From contig OZ024742.1 in assembly GCA_964016885.1 (NCBI GenBank), forward strand, positions 368,776,001 through 368,840,000: a stretch of DNA of 64,000 nucleotides, read 5' to 3'. Numbering within the stretch: position 1 is the stretch's first letter; every line of letters begins with the position of its first letter. The notes below the pieces were generated by a model. The model saw nothing but the letters and a program-made list of their open reading frames with translations, was not told the DNA's origin and searched no databases. The translations under genes and the position numbers were made by a program. Source of the DNA: Eledone cirrhosa. Lineage: Eukaryota. Shown piece by piece: positions 27,401-42,400 of this stretch.

Positions 27401-30400
27401 TTATATCATTAACCCTTTGATTACCATATTTCTAATGAAAGACACTGTCTATGTCATTAACCCTTTGATTACCATATTTCTAATGAAAGACACTATATCA
27501 TTAACCCTTTCATTGGCATATTTCTAATGAAAGACACTGTCTATGTCATTAACCCTTTCATTACCATATTTCTAATGAAAGACACTGTTTATGTCATTAA
27601 CCCTTTCATTACCATATTTCTAATGAAAGACACTGTTTATGTCATTAACCCTTTCATTACCATATTTCTAATGAAAGACACTGTGTATGTCATTAACCCT
27701 TTCATCACCATATTTCTAATGGAAGACACTGTTTATGTCATTAACCCTTTCATTACCATATTTCGAATGAAAGACACTGTTTGTCATTAACCCTTTCATT
27801 ACCATATTTCTAATGAAAGACACTGTCTATGCCATTAACCCTTTCATTACCATATTTCTAATGAAAGACACTGTTTATGTCATTAACCCTTTCATTACCA
27901 TATTTCTAATGAAAGACACTGTTTACGTCATTAACCATTTCATTACCATATTTCTAATGAAAGACACTGTGTATGTCATTAACCCTTTCATTACCATATT
28001 TCTAATGAAAGACACTGTTTAAGTCATTAACCCTTTCATTACCATATTTCTAATGAAAGACACTGTTTATGTCATTAACCCTTTCATTAGCATATTTCTA
28101 ATGAAAGACACTGTCTTTGTCATTAACCCTTTCATTACCATATTTCTAATGAAAGACACTGTCTATGTCATTAACCCTTTCATTACCATATTTCTAATGA
28201 AAGACACTGTTTATATCATTAACCCTTTCATTACCATATTTCTAATGAAAGACACTGTCTATGTCATTAACCCTTTCATTACAATATTTCAAATGAAAGA
28301 CACTGTCTATGTCATTAACCCTTTCGTTACCATATTTCTAATGAAAGACACTGTCTATGTCATTAACCCTTTTATTACCATATTTCTAATGAAAGACACT
28401 GTCTATGTCATTAACCCTTTCATTACCATATTTCTACTGAAAGACACTGTCTAACCCTTTCATTACCGTATTTCTAATGAAAGACACTGTCGAACCCTTT
28501 CATTACAATATTATTAATGAAAGACACCGTCAATGTCATTAACCCTTTCATTACCATATTTCTAATGAAAGACACTGTTTATATCATTAACCCTTTCATT
28601 ACCATATTTCTAATGAAAGACACTGTCTATGTCATTAACCCTTTGATTACCATATTTCTAATGAAAGACACTGTCTATGTCATTAACCCTTTCATTACCA
28701 TATTTCTAATGAAAGACACTGTGTATGTCATTAACCCTTTCATTACCATATTTCTAATGAAAGACACTGTTTATGTCATTAACCCTTTCATTACCATATT
28801 TCTAATGAAAGACACTATGTCATTAACCCTTTCATTACCATATTTCTAATGAAAGACACTGTTTATGTCATTAACCCTTTCATTACCATATTTCTAATGA
28901 AAGACACTGTCTATGTCATTAACCTTTTCATTACCATATTTCGAATGAAAGACACTGTCTATGTCATTAACCTTTTCATTACCATATTTCTAATGAAAGA
29001 CACTATATCTTTAACCCTTTCATTGCCATATTTCTAATGAAAGACACTGTTTATTTCATTAACTCTTTCATTACCATATTTCTAATGAAAGACACTGTTT
29101 ATGTCATTAACCCTTTCATTACCATATTTCTAATGAAAGACACTGTTTATGTCATTAACCCTTTCATTACCATATTTTTAATGAAAGACACTGTCTATAT
29201 TAACCCTTTCATTACCATATTTCTAATGAAAGACACTGTCTAACCCTTTCATTACCATATTTCTAATGAAAGACACTGTCTATGTCATTAACCTTTTCAT
29301 TACCATATTTCTAATGAAAGACACTGTTTATATCATTAACCCTTTCATTACCATAATTCTAATGAAAGACACTGTCTATGTCATTAACCCTTTCATTACC
29401 ATATTTCTAATGAAAGACACTATGTCATTAACACTTTCATTACCATATTTCCAATGAAAGACACTGTTTATGTCATTAACCCTTTCATTACCATATTTCT
29501 AATGAAAGACACTATGTCATTAACCCTTTCATTACCATATTTCTAATGAAAGACACTGTTTATGTCATTAACCCATTCATTACCATATTTCTAATGAAAG
29601 ACACTGTTTATGTCATTAACCCTTTCATTACCATATTTCTAATGAAAGACATTGTTTATGTCATTAACCCTTTCATTACCATATTTCTAATGAAAGACAC
29701 TGTTTATGTCATTAACCCTTTCATTACCATATTTCTAATGAAAGACACTGTCTATATTAACCCTTTCATTACCATATTTCTAATGAAAGACACTGTCTAT
29801 ATTAACCCTTTCATTACCATATTTCTAATGAAAGACTCTGTTTATGTCATTAACCCTTCCATTACCATATTTCAAATGAAAGACACTGACTATATCATTA
29901 ACCCTTTCATTACCATATTTCTAATGAAAGACACTGTCTAACCCTTTCATTACCATATTTCTAATGAAAGACACTGTTTATGTCATTAACCCTTTCATTA
30001 CCATATTTCTAATGAAAGACACTGTCTAACCCTTTCATTACCATATTTCTAATGAAAGACACTTTATATCATTAACCCTTTCATTACAATATTTCTAATG
30101 AAAGACACTGTCTAACCCTTTCATTACCATATTTCTAATGAAAGTCACTGTCTAACCCTTTCATTACCATATTTCTAATGAAAGACACTGTCTATGTCAT
30201 TAACCCTTTCATTACCATATTTCTAATGAAAGACACTGTCTATGTCATTAACCCTTTCATTACCATATTTCTAATGAAAGACACTGTCTATGTCATTAAC
30301 CCTTTCATTACCATATTTCTAATGAAAGACACTGTCTATGTCATTAACACTTTCATTACCATATTTCAAATGAAAGACACTGTCTATGTCATTAACCCTT

Positions 30401-33400
30401 TCATTACCATATTTCTAATGAAAGACGCTGTCTATGTCATTAACCCTTTCATTACTATATTTCTAATGAAAGACACTGTCTATGTCATTAACCCTTTCAT
30501 TACCATATTTCTAATGAAAGACACTGTCTATGTCATTAACCCTTACATTACCATATTTCTAATGAAAGACACTGTTTATATCATTAACCCTTTCATTACA
30601 ATATTTCTAATGAAAGACACTGTCTAACCCTGTCATTACCATATTTCTAATGAAAGACACTGTCTAACCCTTTCATTACAATATTTTTAATGAAAGACAC
30701 TGTTTATGTCATTAACCCTTTCATTACCATATTTCTAATGAAAGACACTGTCTTTGTGATTAACCCTTTCATTACCATATTTCTAATGAAAGACACTGTC
30801 AATGTCATTAACCCTTTCATTACCATATTTCTAATGAAAGACACTGTTTATATCATTAACCCTTTGATTACCATATTTCTAATGAAAGACACTGTCTATG
30901 TCATTAACCCTTTCATTACCATATTTCTAATGAAAGACACTGTCTATGTCATTAACACTTTCATTACCATATTTCAAATGAAAGACACTGTCTATGTCAT
31001 TAACCCTTTCATTACCATATTTCTAATGAAAGACGCTGTCTATGTCATTAACCCTTTCATTACTATATTTCTAATGAAAGACACTGTCTATGTCATTAAC
31101 CCTTTCATTACCATATTTCTAATGAAAGACACTATGTCATTAACACTTTCATTACCATATTTCTAATGAAAGACACTGTTTATGTCATTAACCCTTTCAT
31201 TACCATATTTCTAATGAAAGACACTATGTCATTAACCCTTTCATTACCATATTTCTAATGAAAGACACTGTTTATGTCATTAACCCTTTCATTACCATAT
31301 TTCTAATGAAAGACACTGTTTATGTCATTAACCCTTTCATTACCATATTTCTAATGAAAGACACTGTTTATGTCATTAACCCTTTCATTAACATATTTCT
31401 AATGAAAGACACTGTCTATATTAACCCTTTCATTACCATATTTCTAATGAAAGACACTGTCTATATTAACCCTTTCATTACCATATTTCTAATGAAAGAC
31501 ACTGTTTATGTCATTAACCCTTTCATTAGCATATTTCTAATGAAATACACTGTCTATGTCATTAACCCTTTCATTACCATATTTCTAATGAAAGACACTG
31601 TCTATGTCATTAACCCTTTCATTACCATATTTCTAATGAAAGACTGTTTATATCATTAACCCTTACATTACCATATTTCTAATGAAAGACACTGTTTATA
31701 TCATTAACCCTTTCATTACAATATTTCTAATGAAAGACACTGTCTAACCCTTTCATTACCGTATTTCTAATGAAAGACACTGTCTAACCCTTTCATTACA
31801 ATATTTTTAATGAAAGACACTGTTTATATCATTAACCCTTTGATTACCATATTTCTAATGAAAGACACTGTCTTTGTGATTAACCCTTTCATTGCCATAT
31901 TTCTAATGAAAGACACCGTCAATGTCATTAACCCTTTCATTACCATATTTCTAATGAAAGACACTGTTTATATCATTAACCCTTTGATTACCATATTTCT
32001 AATGAAAGACACTGTCTATGTCATTAACCCTTTGATTACCATATTTCTAATGAAAGACACTATATCATTAACCCTTTCATTGGCATATTTCTAATGAAAG
32101 ACACTGTCTATGTCATTAACCCTTTCATTACCATATTTCTAATGAAAGACACTATGTCATTAACACTTTCATTACCATATTTCTAATGAAAGACACTGTT
32201 TATATCATTAACCCTTTCATTACCATATTTCTAATGAAAGACACTGTTTATATTAACCCTTTCATTACAATACTTCTAATGAAAGACACTGTTTATGTCA
32301 TTAACCCTTTCATTACCATATTTCTAATGAAAGACACTGTTTATGTCATTAACCCTTTCATTACCATATTTCTAATGAAAGACACTGTCTATATTAACCC
32401 TTTCATTACCATATTTCTAATGAAAGACACTGTCTATATTAACCCTTTCATTACCATATTTCTAATGAAAGACACTGTTTATGTCATTAACCCTTTCATT
32501 ACCATATTTCAAATGAAAGACACTGACTATATCATTAACCCTTTCATTACCATATTTCTAATGAAAGACACTGTCTAACCCTTTCATTACAATATTTCTA
32601 ATGAAAGACACTGTCTAACCCTTTCATTACCATATTTCTAATGAAAGACACTGTTTATGTCATTAACCCTTTCATTAGCATATTTCTAATGAAATACACT
32701 GTCTATGTCATTAACCCTTTCATTACCATATTTCTAATGAAAGACACTGTCTATATCATTAACCCTTTCATTACCATATTTCTAATGAAAGACACTGTTT
32801 ATATCATTAACCCTTACATTACCATATTTCTAATGAAAGACACTGTCTATGTCATTAACCCTTTCATTACCATATTCTAATGAAAGACACTGTTTATGTC
32901 ATTAACCCTTTCATTAGCATATTTCTAATGAAAGACACTGTTTATGTCATTAACCCTTTCATTAGCATATTTCTAATGAAAGTCACTGTCTAACCCTTTC
33001 ATTACCATATTTCTAATGAAAGACACTGTCTATGTCATTAACCCTTTCATTACCATATTTCTAATGAAAGACACTGTCTATGTCATTAACACTTTCATTA
33101 CCATATTTCAAATGAAAGACACTGTCTATGTCATTAACCCTTTCATTACTATATTTCTAATGAAAGACACTGTCTATGTCATTAACCCTTTCATTACCAT
33201 ATTTCTAATGAAAGACACTGTCTATGTCATTAACCCTTTCATTACCATATTTCTAATGAAAGACACTGTTTATATCATTAACCCTTTCATTACAATATTT
33301 CTAATGAAAGACACTGTCTAACCCTTTCATTACCGTATTTCTAATGAAAGACACTGTCTAACCCTTTCATTACAATATTTTTAATGAAAGACACTGTTTA

Positions 33401-36400
33401 TGTCATTAACCCTTTCATTAGCATATTTCTAATGAAAGACACTGTCTAACCCTTTCATTACCATATTTCTAATGAAAGACACTGTCTATGTCATTAACCC
33501 TTTCATTACCATATTTCTAATGAAAGACACTGTCTATCTCATTAACCCTTTCATTACCATATTTCTAATGAAAGACATTGTCTACGTCATTAACCCTTTC
33601 ATTACCATATTTCGAATGAAAGACACTGTCTATGTCATTAACCTTTTCATTACCATATTTCGAATGAAAGACACTGTCTATGTCATTAACCCTTTCATTA
33701 CCATATTTCTAATGAAAGACACTATGTCATTAACCCTTTCATTACCATATCTCTAATGAAAGACACTGTTTATGTCATTAACCCTTTCATTACCATATTT
33801 CTAATGAAAGACACTGTTTATGTCATTAACCCTTTCATTACCATATTTCTAATGAAAGACACTGTTTATGTCATTAACCCTTTCATTACCATATTTTTAA
33901 TGAAAGACACTGTCTATATTAACCCTTTCATTACCATATTTCTAATGAAAGACACTGTCTAACCCTTTCATTACCACATTTCTAATGAAAGACACTCTCT
34001 ATGTCATTAACCTTTTCATTACCATATTTCTAATGAAAGACTATGTTTATATCATTAACCCTTTCATTACCATATTTCTAATGAAAGACACTGTCTATGT
34101 CATTAACCCTTTCATTATCATATTCTAATGAAAGACACTGTTTATGTCATTAACCCTTTCATTAGCATATTTCTAATGAAAGACACTGTTTATGTCATTA
34201 ACCCTTTCATTAGCATATTTCTAATGAAAGTCACTATCTAACCCTTTCATTACCATATTTCTAATGAAAGACACTGTCTATGTCATTAACCCTTTCATTA
34301 CCATATTTCTAATGAAAGACACTGTCTATGTCATTAACCCTTTCATTACCATATTTCAAATGAAAGACACTGTCTATGTCATTAACCCTTTCATTACCAT
34401 ATTTCGAACGAAAGACGCTGTCTATGTCATTAACCCTTTCATTACTATATTTCTAATGAAAGACAGTCTATGTCATTAACCCTTTCATTACCATATTTCT
34501 AATGAAAGACACTGTCTATGTCATTAACCCTTTCATTACCATATTTCTAATGAAAGACACTGTTTATATCATTAACCCTTTCATTACAATATTTCTAATT
34601 AAAGACACTGTCTAACCCTTTCATTACCGTATTTCTAATGAAAGACACTGTCTAACCCTTTCATTACAATATTTTTAATGAAAGACACTATTTATGTCAT
34701 TAACCCTTTCATTAGCATATTTCTAATGAAAGACACTGTCTTTGTCATTAACCCTTTCATTACCATATTTCTAATGAAAGACACCGTCAATGTCATTAAC
34801 CCTTTCATTACCATATTCTAATGAAAGACACTGTTTATGTCATTAACCCTTTCATTAGCATATTTCTAATGAAAGACACTGTTTATGTCATTAACCCTTT
34901 CATTAGCATATTTCTAATGAAAGTCTCTGTCTAACCCTTTCATTACCATATTTCTAATGAAAGACACTGTCTATGTCATTAACCCTTTCATTACCATATT
35001 TCTAATGAAAGACACTGTCTATGTCATTAACCCTTTCATTACCATATTTCTAATGAAAGACACTTTATATCATTAACCCTTTCATTACAATATTTCTAAT
35101 GAAAGACACTGTCTAACCTTTTCATTACAATATTTTTAATGAAAGACACTGTCTATGTCATTAACCTTTTCATTACCATATTTCTAATGAAAGACACTGT
35201 CTAACCCTTTCATTACCATATTTCTAATGAAAGACACTGTCTATGTCATTTACCCTTTCATTACCATATTCTAATGAAAGACACTGTTTATGTCATTAAC
35301 CCTTTCATTAGCATATTTCTAATGAAAGACACTGTTTATGTCATTAACCCTTTCATTAGCATATTTCTAATGAAAGTCACTGTCTAACCCTTTCATTACC
35401 ATATTTCTAATGAAAGACACTGCCTATGTCATTAACCCTTTCATTACCATATTTCTAATGAAAGACACTGTCTATGTCATTAACACTTTCATTACCATAT
35501 TTCAAATGAAAGACACTGTCTATGTCATTAACCCTTTCATTACCATATTTCTAATGAAAGACGCTGTCTATGTCATTAACCCTTTCATTACTATATTTCT
35601 AATGAAAGACACTGTCTATGTCATTAACCCTTTCATTACCATATTTCTAATGAAAGACACTGTCTATGTCATTAACCCTTTCATTACCATATTTCTAATG
35701 AAAGACACTGTTTAAATCATTAACCCTTTCATTACAATATTTCTAATGAAAGACACTGTCTAACCCTTTCATTACCGTATTTCTAATGAAAGACACTGTC
35801 TAACCCTTTCGTTACAATATTTTTAATGAAAGACACTGTTTATGTCATTAACCCTTTCATTAGCATATTTCTAATGAAAGACACTGTCTTTGTGATTAAC
35901 CCTTTCATTACCATATTTCTAATGAAAGACACTGTTTATATCATTAACCCTTTGATTACCATACTTCTAATGAAAGACACTGTCTATGTCATTAACCCTT
36001 TGATTACCATATTTCTAATGAAAGACACTATATCATTAACCTTTTCATTGCCATATTTCTAATGAAAGACACTGTCTATGTCATTAACCCTTTCATTACC
36101 ATATTTCTAATGAAAGACACTATGTCATTAACACTTTCATTACCATATTTCTAATGAAAGACACTATGTCATTAACCCTTTCATTACCATATTTCTAATG
36201 AAAGACACTGTTTATGTCATTAACCCTTTCATTACCATATTTCTAATGAAAGACACTGTCTATATTAACCCTTTCATTACCATATTTCTAATGAAGGACA
36301 CTGTTTATGTCATTAACCCTTTCATTACCATATTTCTAATGAAAGACACTGTCTATATTAACCCTTTCATTACCATATTTCTAATGAAAGACACTGTTTA

Positions 36401-39400
36401 TGTCATTAACCCTTTCATTAGCATATTTCTAATGAAATACACTGTCTATGTCATTAACCCTTTCAGTAGCATATTTCTAATGAAAGACACTGTCTATGTC
36501 ATTAATTACCATATTTCTAATGAAAGACACTGTTTATATCATTAAGCCTTACATTACCATATTTCTAATGAAAGACACTGTCTATGTCATTAACCCTTTG
36601 ATTACCATATTTCTAATGAAAGACACTGTCTATGTCATTAACCCTTTCATTACCATATTTCTAATGAAAGACACTGTGTATGTCATTAACCCTTTCATTA
36701 CCATATTTCTAATGAAAGACACTGTTTATGTCATTAACCCTTTCATTACCATATTTCTAATGAAAGACACTATGTCATTAACCCTTTCATTACCATATTT
36801 CTAATGAAAGACACTGTTTATGTCATTAACCCTTTCATTACCATATTTCTAATGAAAGACACTGTCTATGTCATTAACCTTTTCATTACCATATTTCGAA
36901 TGAAAGACACTGTCTATGTCATTAACCTTTTCATTACCATATTTCTAATGAAAGACACTATATCTTTAACCCTTTCATTGCCATATTTCTAATGAAAGAC
37001 ACTGTTTATTTCATTAACTCTTTCATTACCATATTTCTAATGAAAGACACTGTTTATGTCATTAACCCTTTCATTACCATATTTCTAATGAAAGACACTG
37101 TTTATGTCATTAACCCTTTCATTACCATATTTTTAATGAAAGACACTGTCTATATTAACCCTTTCATTACCATATTTCTAATGAAAGACACTGTCTAACC
37201 CTTTCATTACCATATTTCTAATGAAAGACACTGTCTATGTCATTAACCTTTTCATTACCATATTTCTAATGAAAGACACTGTTTATATCATTAACCCTTT
37301 CATTACCATAATTCTAATGAAAGACACTGTCTATGTCATTAACCCTTTCATTACCATATTTCTAATGAAAGACACTATGTCATTAACACTTTCATTACCA
37401 TATTTCCAATGAAAGACACTGTTTATGTCATTAACCCTTTCATTACCATATTTCTAATGAAAGACACTATGTCATTAACCCTTTCATTACCATATTTCTA
37501 ATGAAAGACACTGTTTATGTCATTAACCCATTCATTACCATATTTCTAATGAAAGACACTGTTTATGTCATTAACCCTTTCATTACCATATTTCTAATGA
37601 AAGACATTGTTTATGTCATTAACCCTTTCATTACCATATTTCTAATGAAAGACACTGTTTATGTCATTAACCCTTTCATTACCATATTTCTAATGAAAGA
37701 CACTGTCTATATTAACCCTTTCATTACCATATTTCTAATGAAAGACACTGTCTATATTAACCCTTTCATTACCATATTTCTAATGAAAGACTCTGTTTAT
37801 GTCATTAACCCTTCCATTACCATATTTCAAATGAAAGACACTGACTATATCATTAACCCTTTCATTACCATATTTCTAATGAAAGACACTGTCTAACCCT
37901 TTCATTACCATATTTCTAATGAAAGACACTGTTTATGTCATTAACCCTTTCATTACCATATTTCTAATGAAAGACACTGTCTAACCCTTTCATTACCATA
38001 TTTCTAATGAAAGACACTTTATATCATTAACCCTTTCATTACAATATTTCTAATGAAAGACACTGTCTAACCCTTTCATTACCATATTTCTAATGAAAGT
38101 CACTGTCTAACCCTTTCATTACCATATTTCTAATGAAAGACACTGTCTATGTCATTAACCCTTTCATTACCATATTTCTAATGAAAGACACTGTCTATGT
38201 CATTAACCCTTTCATTACCATATTTCTAATGAAAGACACTGTCTATGTCATTAACCCTTTCATTACCATATTTCTAATGAAAGACACTGTCTATGTCATT
38301 AACACTTTCATTACCATATTTCAAATGAAAGACACTGTCTATGTCATTAACCCTTTCATTACCATATTTCTAATGAAAGACGCTGTCTATGTCATTAACC
38401 CTTTCATTACTATATTTCTAATGAAAGACACTGTCTATGTCATTAACCCTTTCATTACCATATTTCTAATGAAAGACACTGTCTATGTCATTAACCCTTA
38501 CATTACCATATTTCTAATGAAAGACACTGTTTATATCATTAACCCTTTCATTACAATATTTCTAATGAAAGACACTGTCTAACCCTGTCATTACCATATT
38601 TCTAATGAAAGACACTGTCTAACCCTTTCATTACAATATTTTTAATGAAAGACACTGTTTATGTCATTAACCCTTTCATTACCATATTTCTAATGAAAGA
38701 CACTGTCTTTGTGATTAACCCTTTCATTACCATATTTCTAATGAAAGACACTGTCAATGTCATTAACCCTTTCATTACCATATTTCTAATGAAAGACACT
38801 GTTTATATCATTAACCCTTTGATTACCATATTTCTAATGAAAGACACTGTCTATGTCATTAACCCTTTCATTACCATATTTCTAATGAAAGACACTGTCT
38901 ATGTCATTAACACTTTCATTACCATATTTCAAATGAAAGACACTGTCTATGTCATTAACCCTTTCATTACCATATTTCTAATGAAAGACGCTGTCTATGT
39001 CATTAACCCTTTCATTACTATATTTCTAATGAAAGACACTGTCTATGTCATTAACCCTTTCATTACCATATTTCTAATGAAAGACACTATGTCATTAACA
39101 CTTTCATTACCATATTTCTAATGAAAGACACTGTTTATGTCATTAACCCTTTCATTACCATATTTCTAATGAAAGACACTATGTCATTAACCCTTTCATT
39201 ACCATATTTCTAATGAAAGACACTGTTTATGTCATTAACCCTTTCATTACCATATTTCTAATGAAAGACACTGTTTATGTCATTAACCCTTTCATTACCA
39301 TATTTCTAATGAAAGACACTGTTTATGTCATTAACCCTTTCATTAACATATTTCTAATGAAAGACACTGTCTATATTAACCCTTTCATTACCATATTTCT

Positions 39401-42400
39401 AATGAAAGACACTGTCTATATTAACCCTTTCATTACCATATTTCTAATGAAAGACACTGTTTATGTCATTAACCCTTTCATTAGCATATTTCTAATGAAA
39501 TACACTGTCTATGTCATTAACCCTTTCATTACCATATTTCTAATGAAAGACACTGTCTATGTCATTAACCCTTTCATTACCATATTTCTAATGAAAGACT
39601 GTTTATATCATTAACCCTTACATTACCATATTTCTAATGAAAGACACTGTTTATATCATTAACCCTTTCATTACAATATTTCTAATGAAAGACACTGTCT
39701 AACCCTTTCATTACCGTATTTCTAATGAAAGACACTGTCTAACCCTTTCATTACAATATTTTTAATGAAAGACACTGTTTATATCATTAACCCTTTGATT
39801 ACCATATTTCTAATGAAAGACACTGTCTTTGTGATTAACCCTTTCATTGCCATATTTCTAATGAAAGACACCGTCAATGTCATTAACCCTTTCATTACCA
39901 TATTTCTAATGAAAGACACTGTTTATATCATTAACCCTTTGATTACCATATTTCTAATGAAAGACACTGTCTATGTCATTAACCCTTTGATTACCATATT
40001 TCTAATGAAAGACACTATATCATTAACCCTTTCATTGGCATATTTCTAATGAAAGACACTGTCTATGTCATTAACCCTTTCATTACCATATTTCTAATGA
40101 AAGACACTATGTCATTAACACTTTCATTACCATATTTCTAATGAAAGACACTGTTTATATCATTAACCCTTTCATTACCATATTTCTAATGAAAGACACT
40201 GTTTATATTAACCCTTTCATTACAATACTTCTAATGAAAGACACTGTTTATGTCATTAACCCTTTCATTACCATATTTCTAATGAAAGACACTGTTTATG
40301 TCATTAACCCTTTCATTACCATATTTCTAATGAAAGACACTGTCTATATTAACCCTTTCATTACCATATTTCTAATGAAAGACACTGTCTATATTAACCC
40401 TTTCATTACCATATTTCTAATGAAAGACACTGTTTATGTCATTAACCCTTTCATTACCATATTTCAAATGAAAGACACTGACTATATCATTAACCCTTTC
40501 ATTACCATATTTCTAATGAAAGACACTGTCTAACCCTTTCATTACAATATTTCTAATGAAAGACACTGTCTAACCCTTTCATTACCATATTTCTAATGAA
40601 AGACACTGTTTATGTCATTAACCCTTTCATTAGCATATTTCTAATGAAATACACTGTCTATGTCATTAACCCTTTCATTACCATATTTCTAATGAAAGAC
40701 ACTGTCTATATCATTAACCCTTTCATTACCATATTTCTAATGAAAGACACTGTTTATATCATTAACCCTTACATTACCATATTTCTAATGAAAGACACTG
40801 TCTATGTCATTAACCCTTTCATTACCATATTCTAATGAAAGACACTGTTTATGTCATTAACCCTTTCATTAGCATATTTCTAATGAAAGACACTGTTTAT
40901 GTCATTAACCCTTTCATTAGCATATTTCTAATGAAAGTCACTGTCTAACCCTTTCATTACCATATTTCTAATGAAAGACACTGTCTATGTCATTAACCCT
41001 TTCATTACCATATTTCTAATGAAAGACACTGTCTATGTCATTAACACTTTCATTACCATATTTCAAATGAAAGACACTGTCTATGTCATTAACCCTTTCA
41101 TTACTATATTTCTAATGAAAGACACTGTCTATGTCATTAACCCTTTCATTACCATATTTCTAATGAAAGACACTGTCTATGTCATTAACCCTTTCATTAC
41201 CATATTTCTAATGAAAGACACTGTTTATATCATTAACCCTTTCATTACAATATTTCTAATGAAAGACACTGTCTAACCCTTTCATTACCGTATTTCTAAT
41301 GAAAGACACTGTCTAACCCTTTCATTACAATATTTTTAATGAAAGACACTGTTTATGTCATTAACCCTTTCATTAGCATATTTCTAATGAAAGACACTGT
41401 CTTTGTGATTAACCCTTTCATTACCATATTTCTAATGAAAGACACTGTCAATGTCATTAACCCTTTCATTACCATATTTCTAATGAAAGACACTGTTTAT
41501 GTCATTAACCCTTTCATTACCATATTTCGAATGAAAGACACTGTCTATGTCATTAACCTTTTCATTACCATATTTCGAATGAAAGACACTGTCTATGTCA
41601 TTAACCCTTTCATTACCATATTTCTAATGAAAGACACTATGTCATTAACCCTTTCATTACCATATCTCTAATGAAAGACACTGTTTATGTCATTAACCCT
41701 TTCATTACCATATTTCTAATGAAAGACACTGTTTATGTCATTAACCCTTTCATTACCATATTTCTAATGAAAGACACTGTTTATGTCATTAACCCTTTCA
41801 TTACCATATTTTTAATGAAAGACACTGTCTATATTAACCCTTTCATTACCATATTTCTAATGAAAGACACTGTCTAACCCTTTCATTACCACATTTCTAA
41901 TGAAAGACACTCTCTATGTCATTAACCTTTTCATTACCATATTTCTAATGAAAGACTATGTTTATATCATTAACCCTTTCATTACCATATTTCTAATGAA
42001 AGACACTGTCTATGTCATTAACCCTTTCATTATCATATTCTAATGAAAGACACTGTTTATGTCATTAACCCTTTCATTAGCATATTTCTAATGAAAGACA
42101 CTGTTTATGTCATTAACCCTTTCATTAGCATATTTCTAATGAAAGTCACTATCTAACCCTTTCATTACCATATTTCTAATGAAAGACACTGTCTATGTCA
42201 TTAACCCTTTCATTACCATATTTCTAATGAAAGACACTGTCTATGTCATTAACCCTTTCATTACCATATTTCAAATGAAAGACACTGTCTATGTCATTAA
42301 CCCTTTCATTACCATATTTCGAACGAAAGACGCTGTCTATGTCATTAACCCTTTCATTACTATATTTCTAATGAAAGACAGTCTATGTCATTAACCCTTT

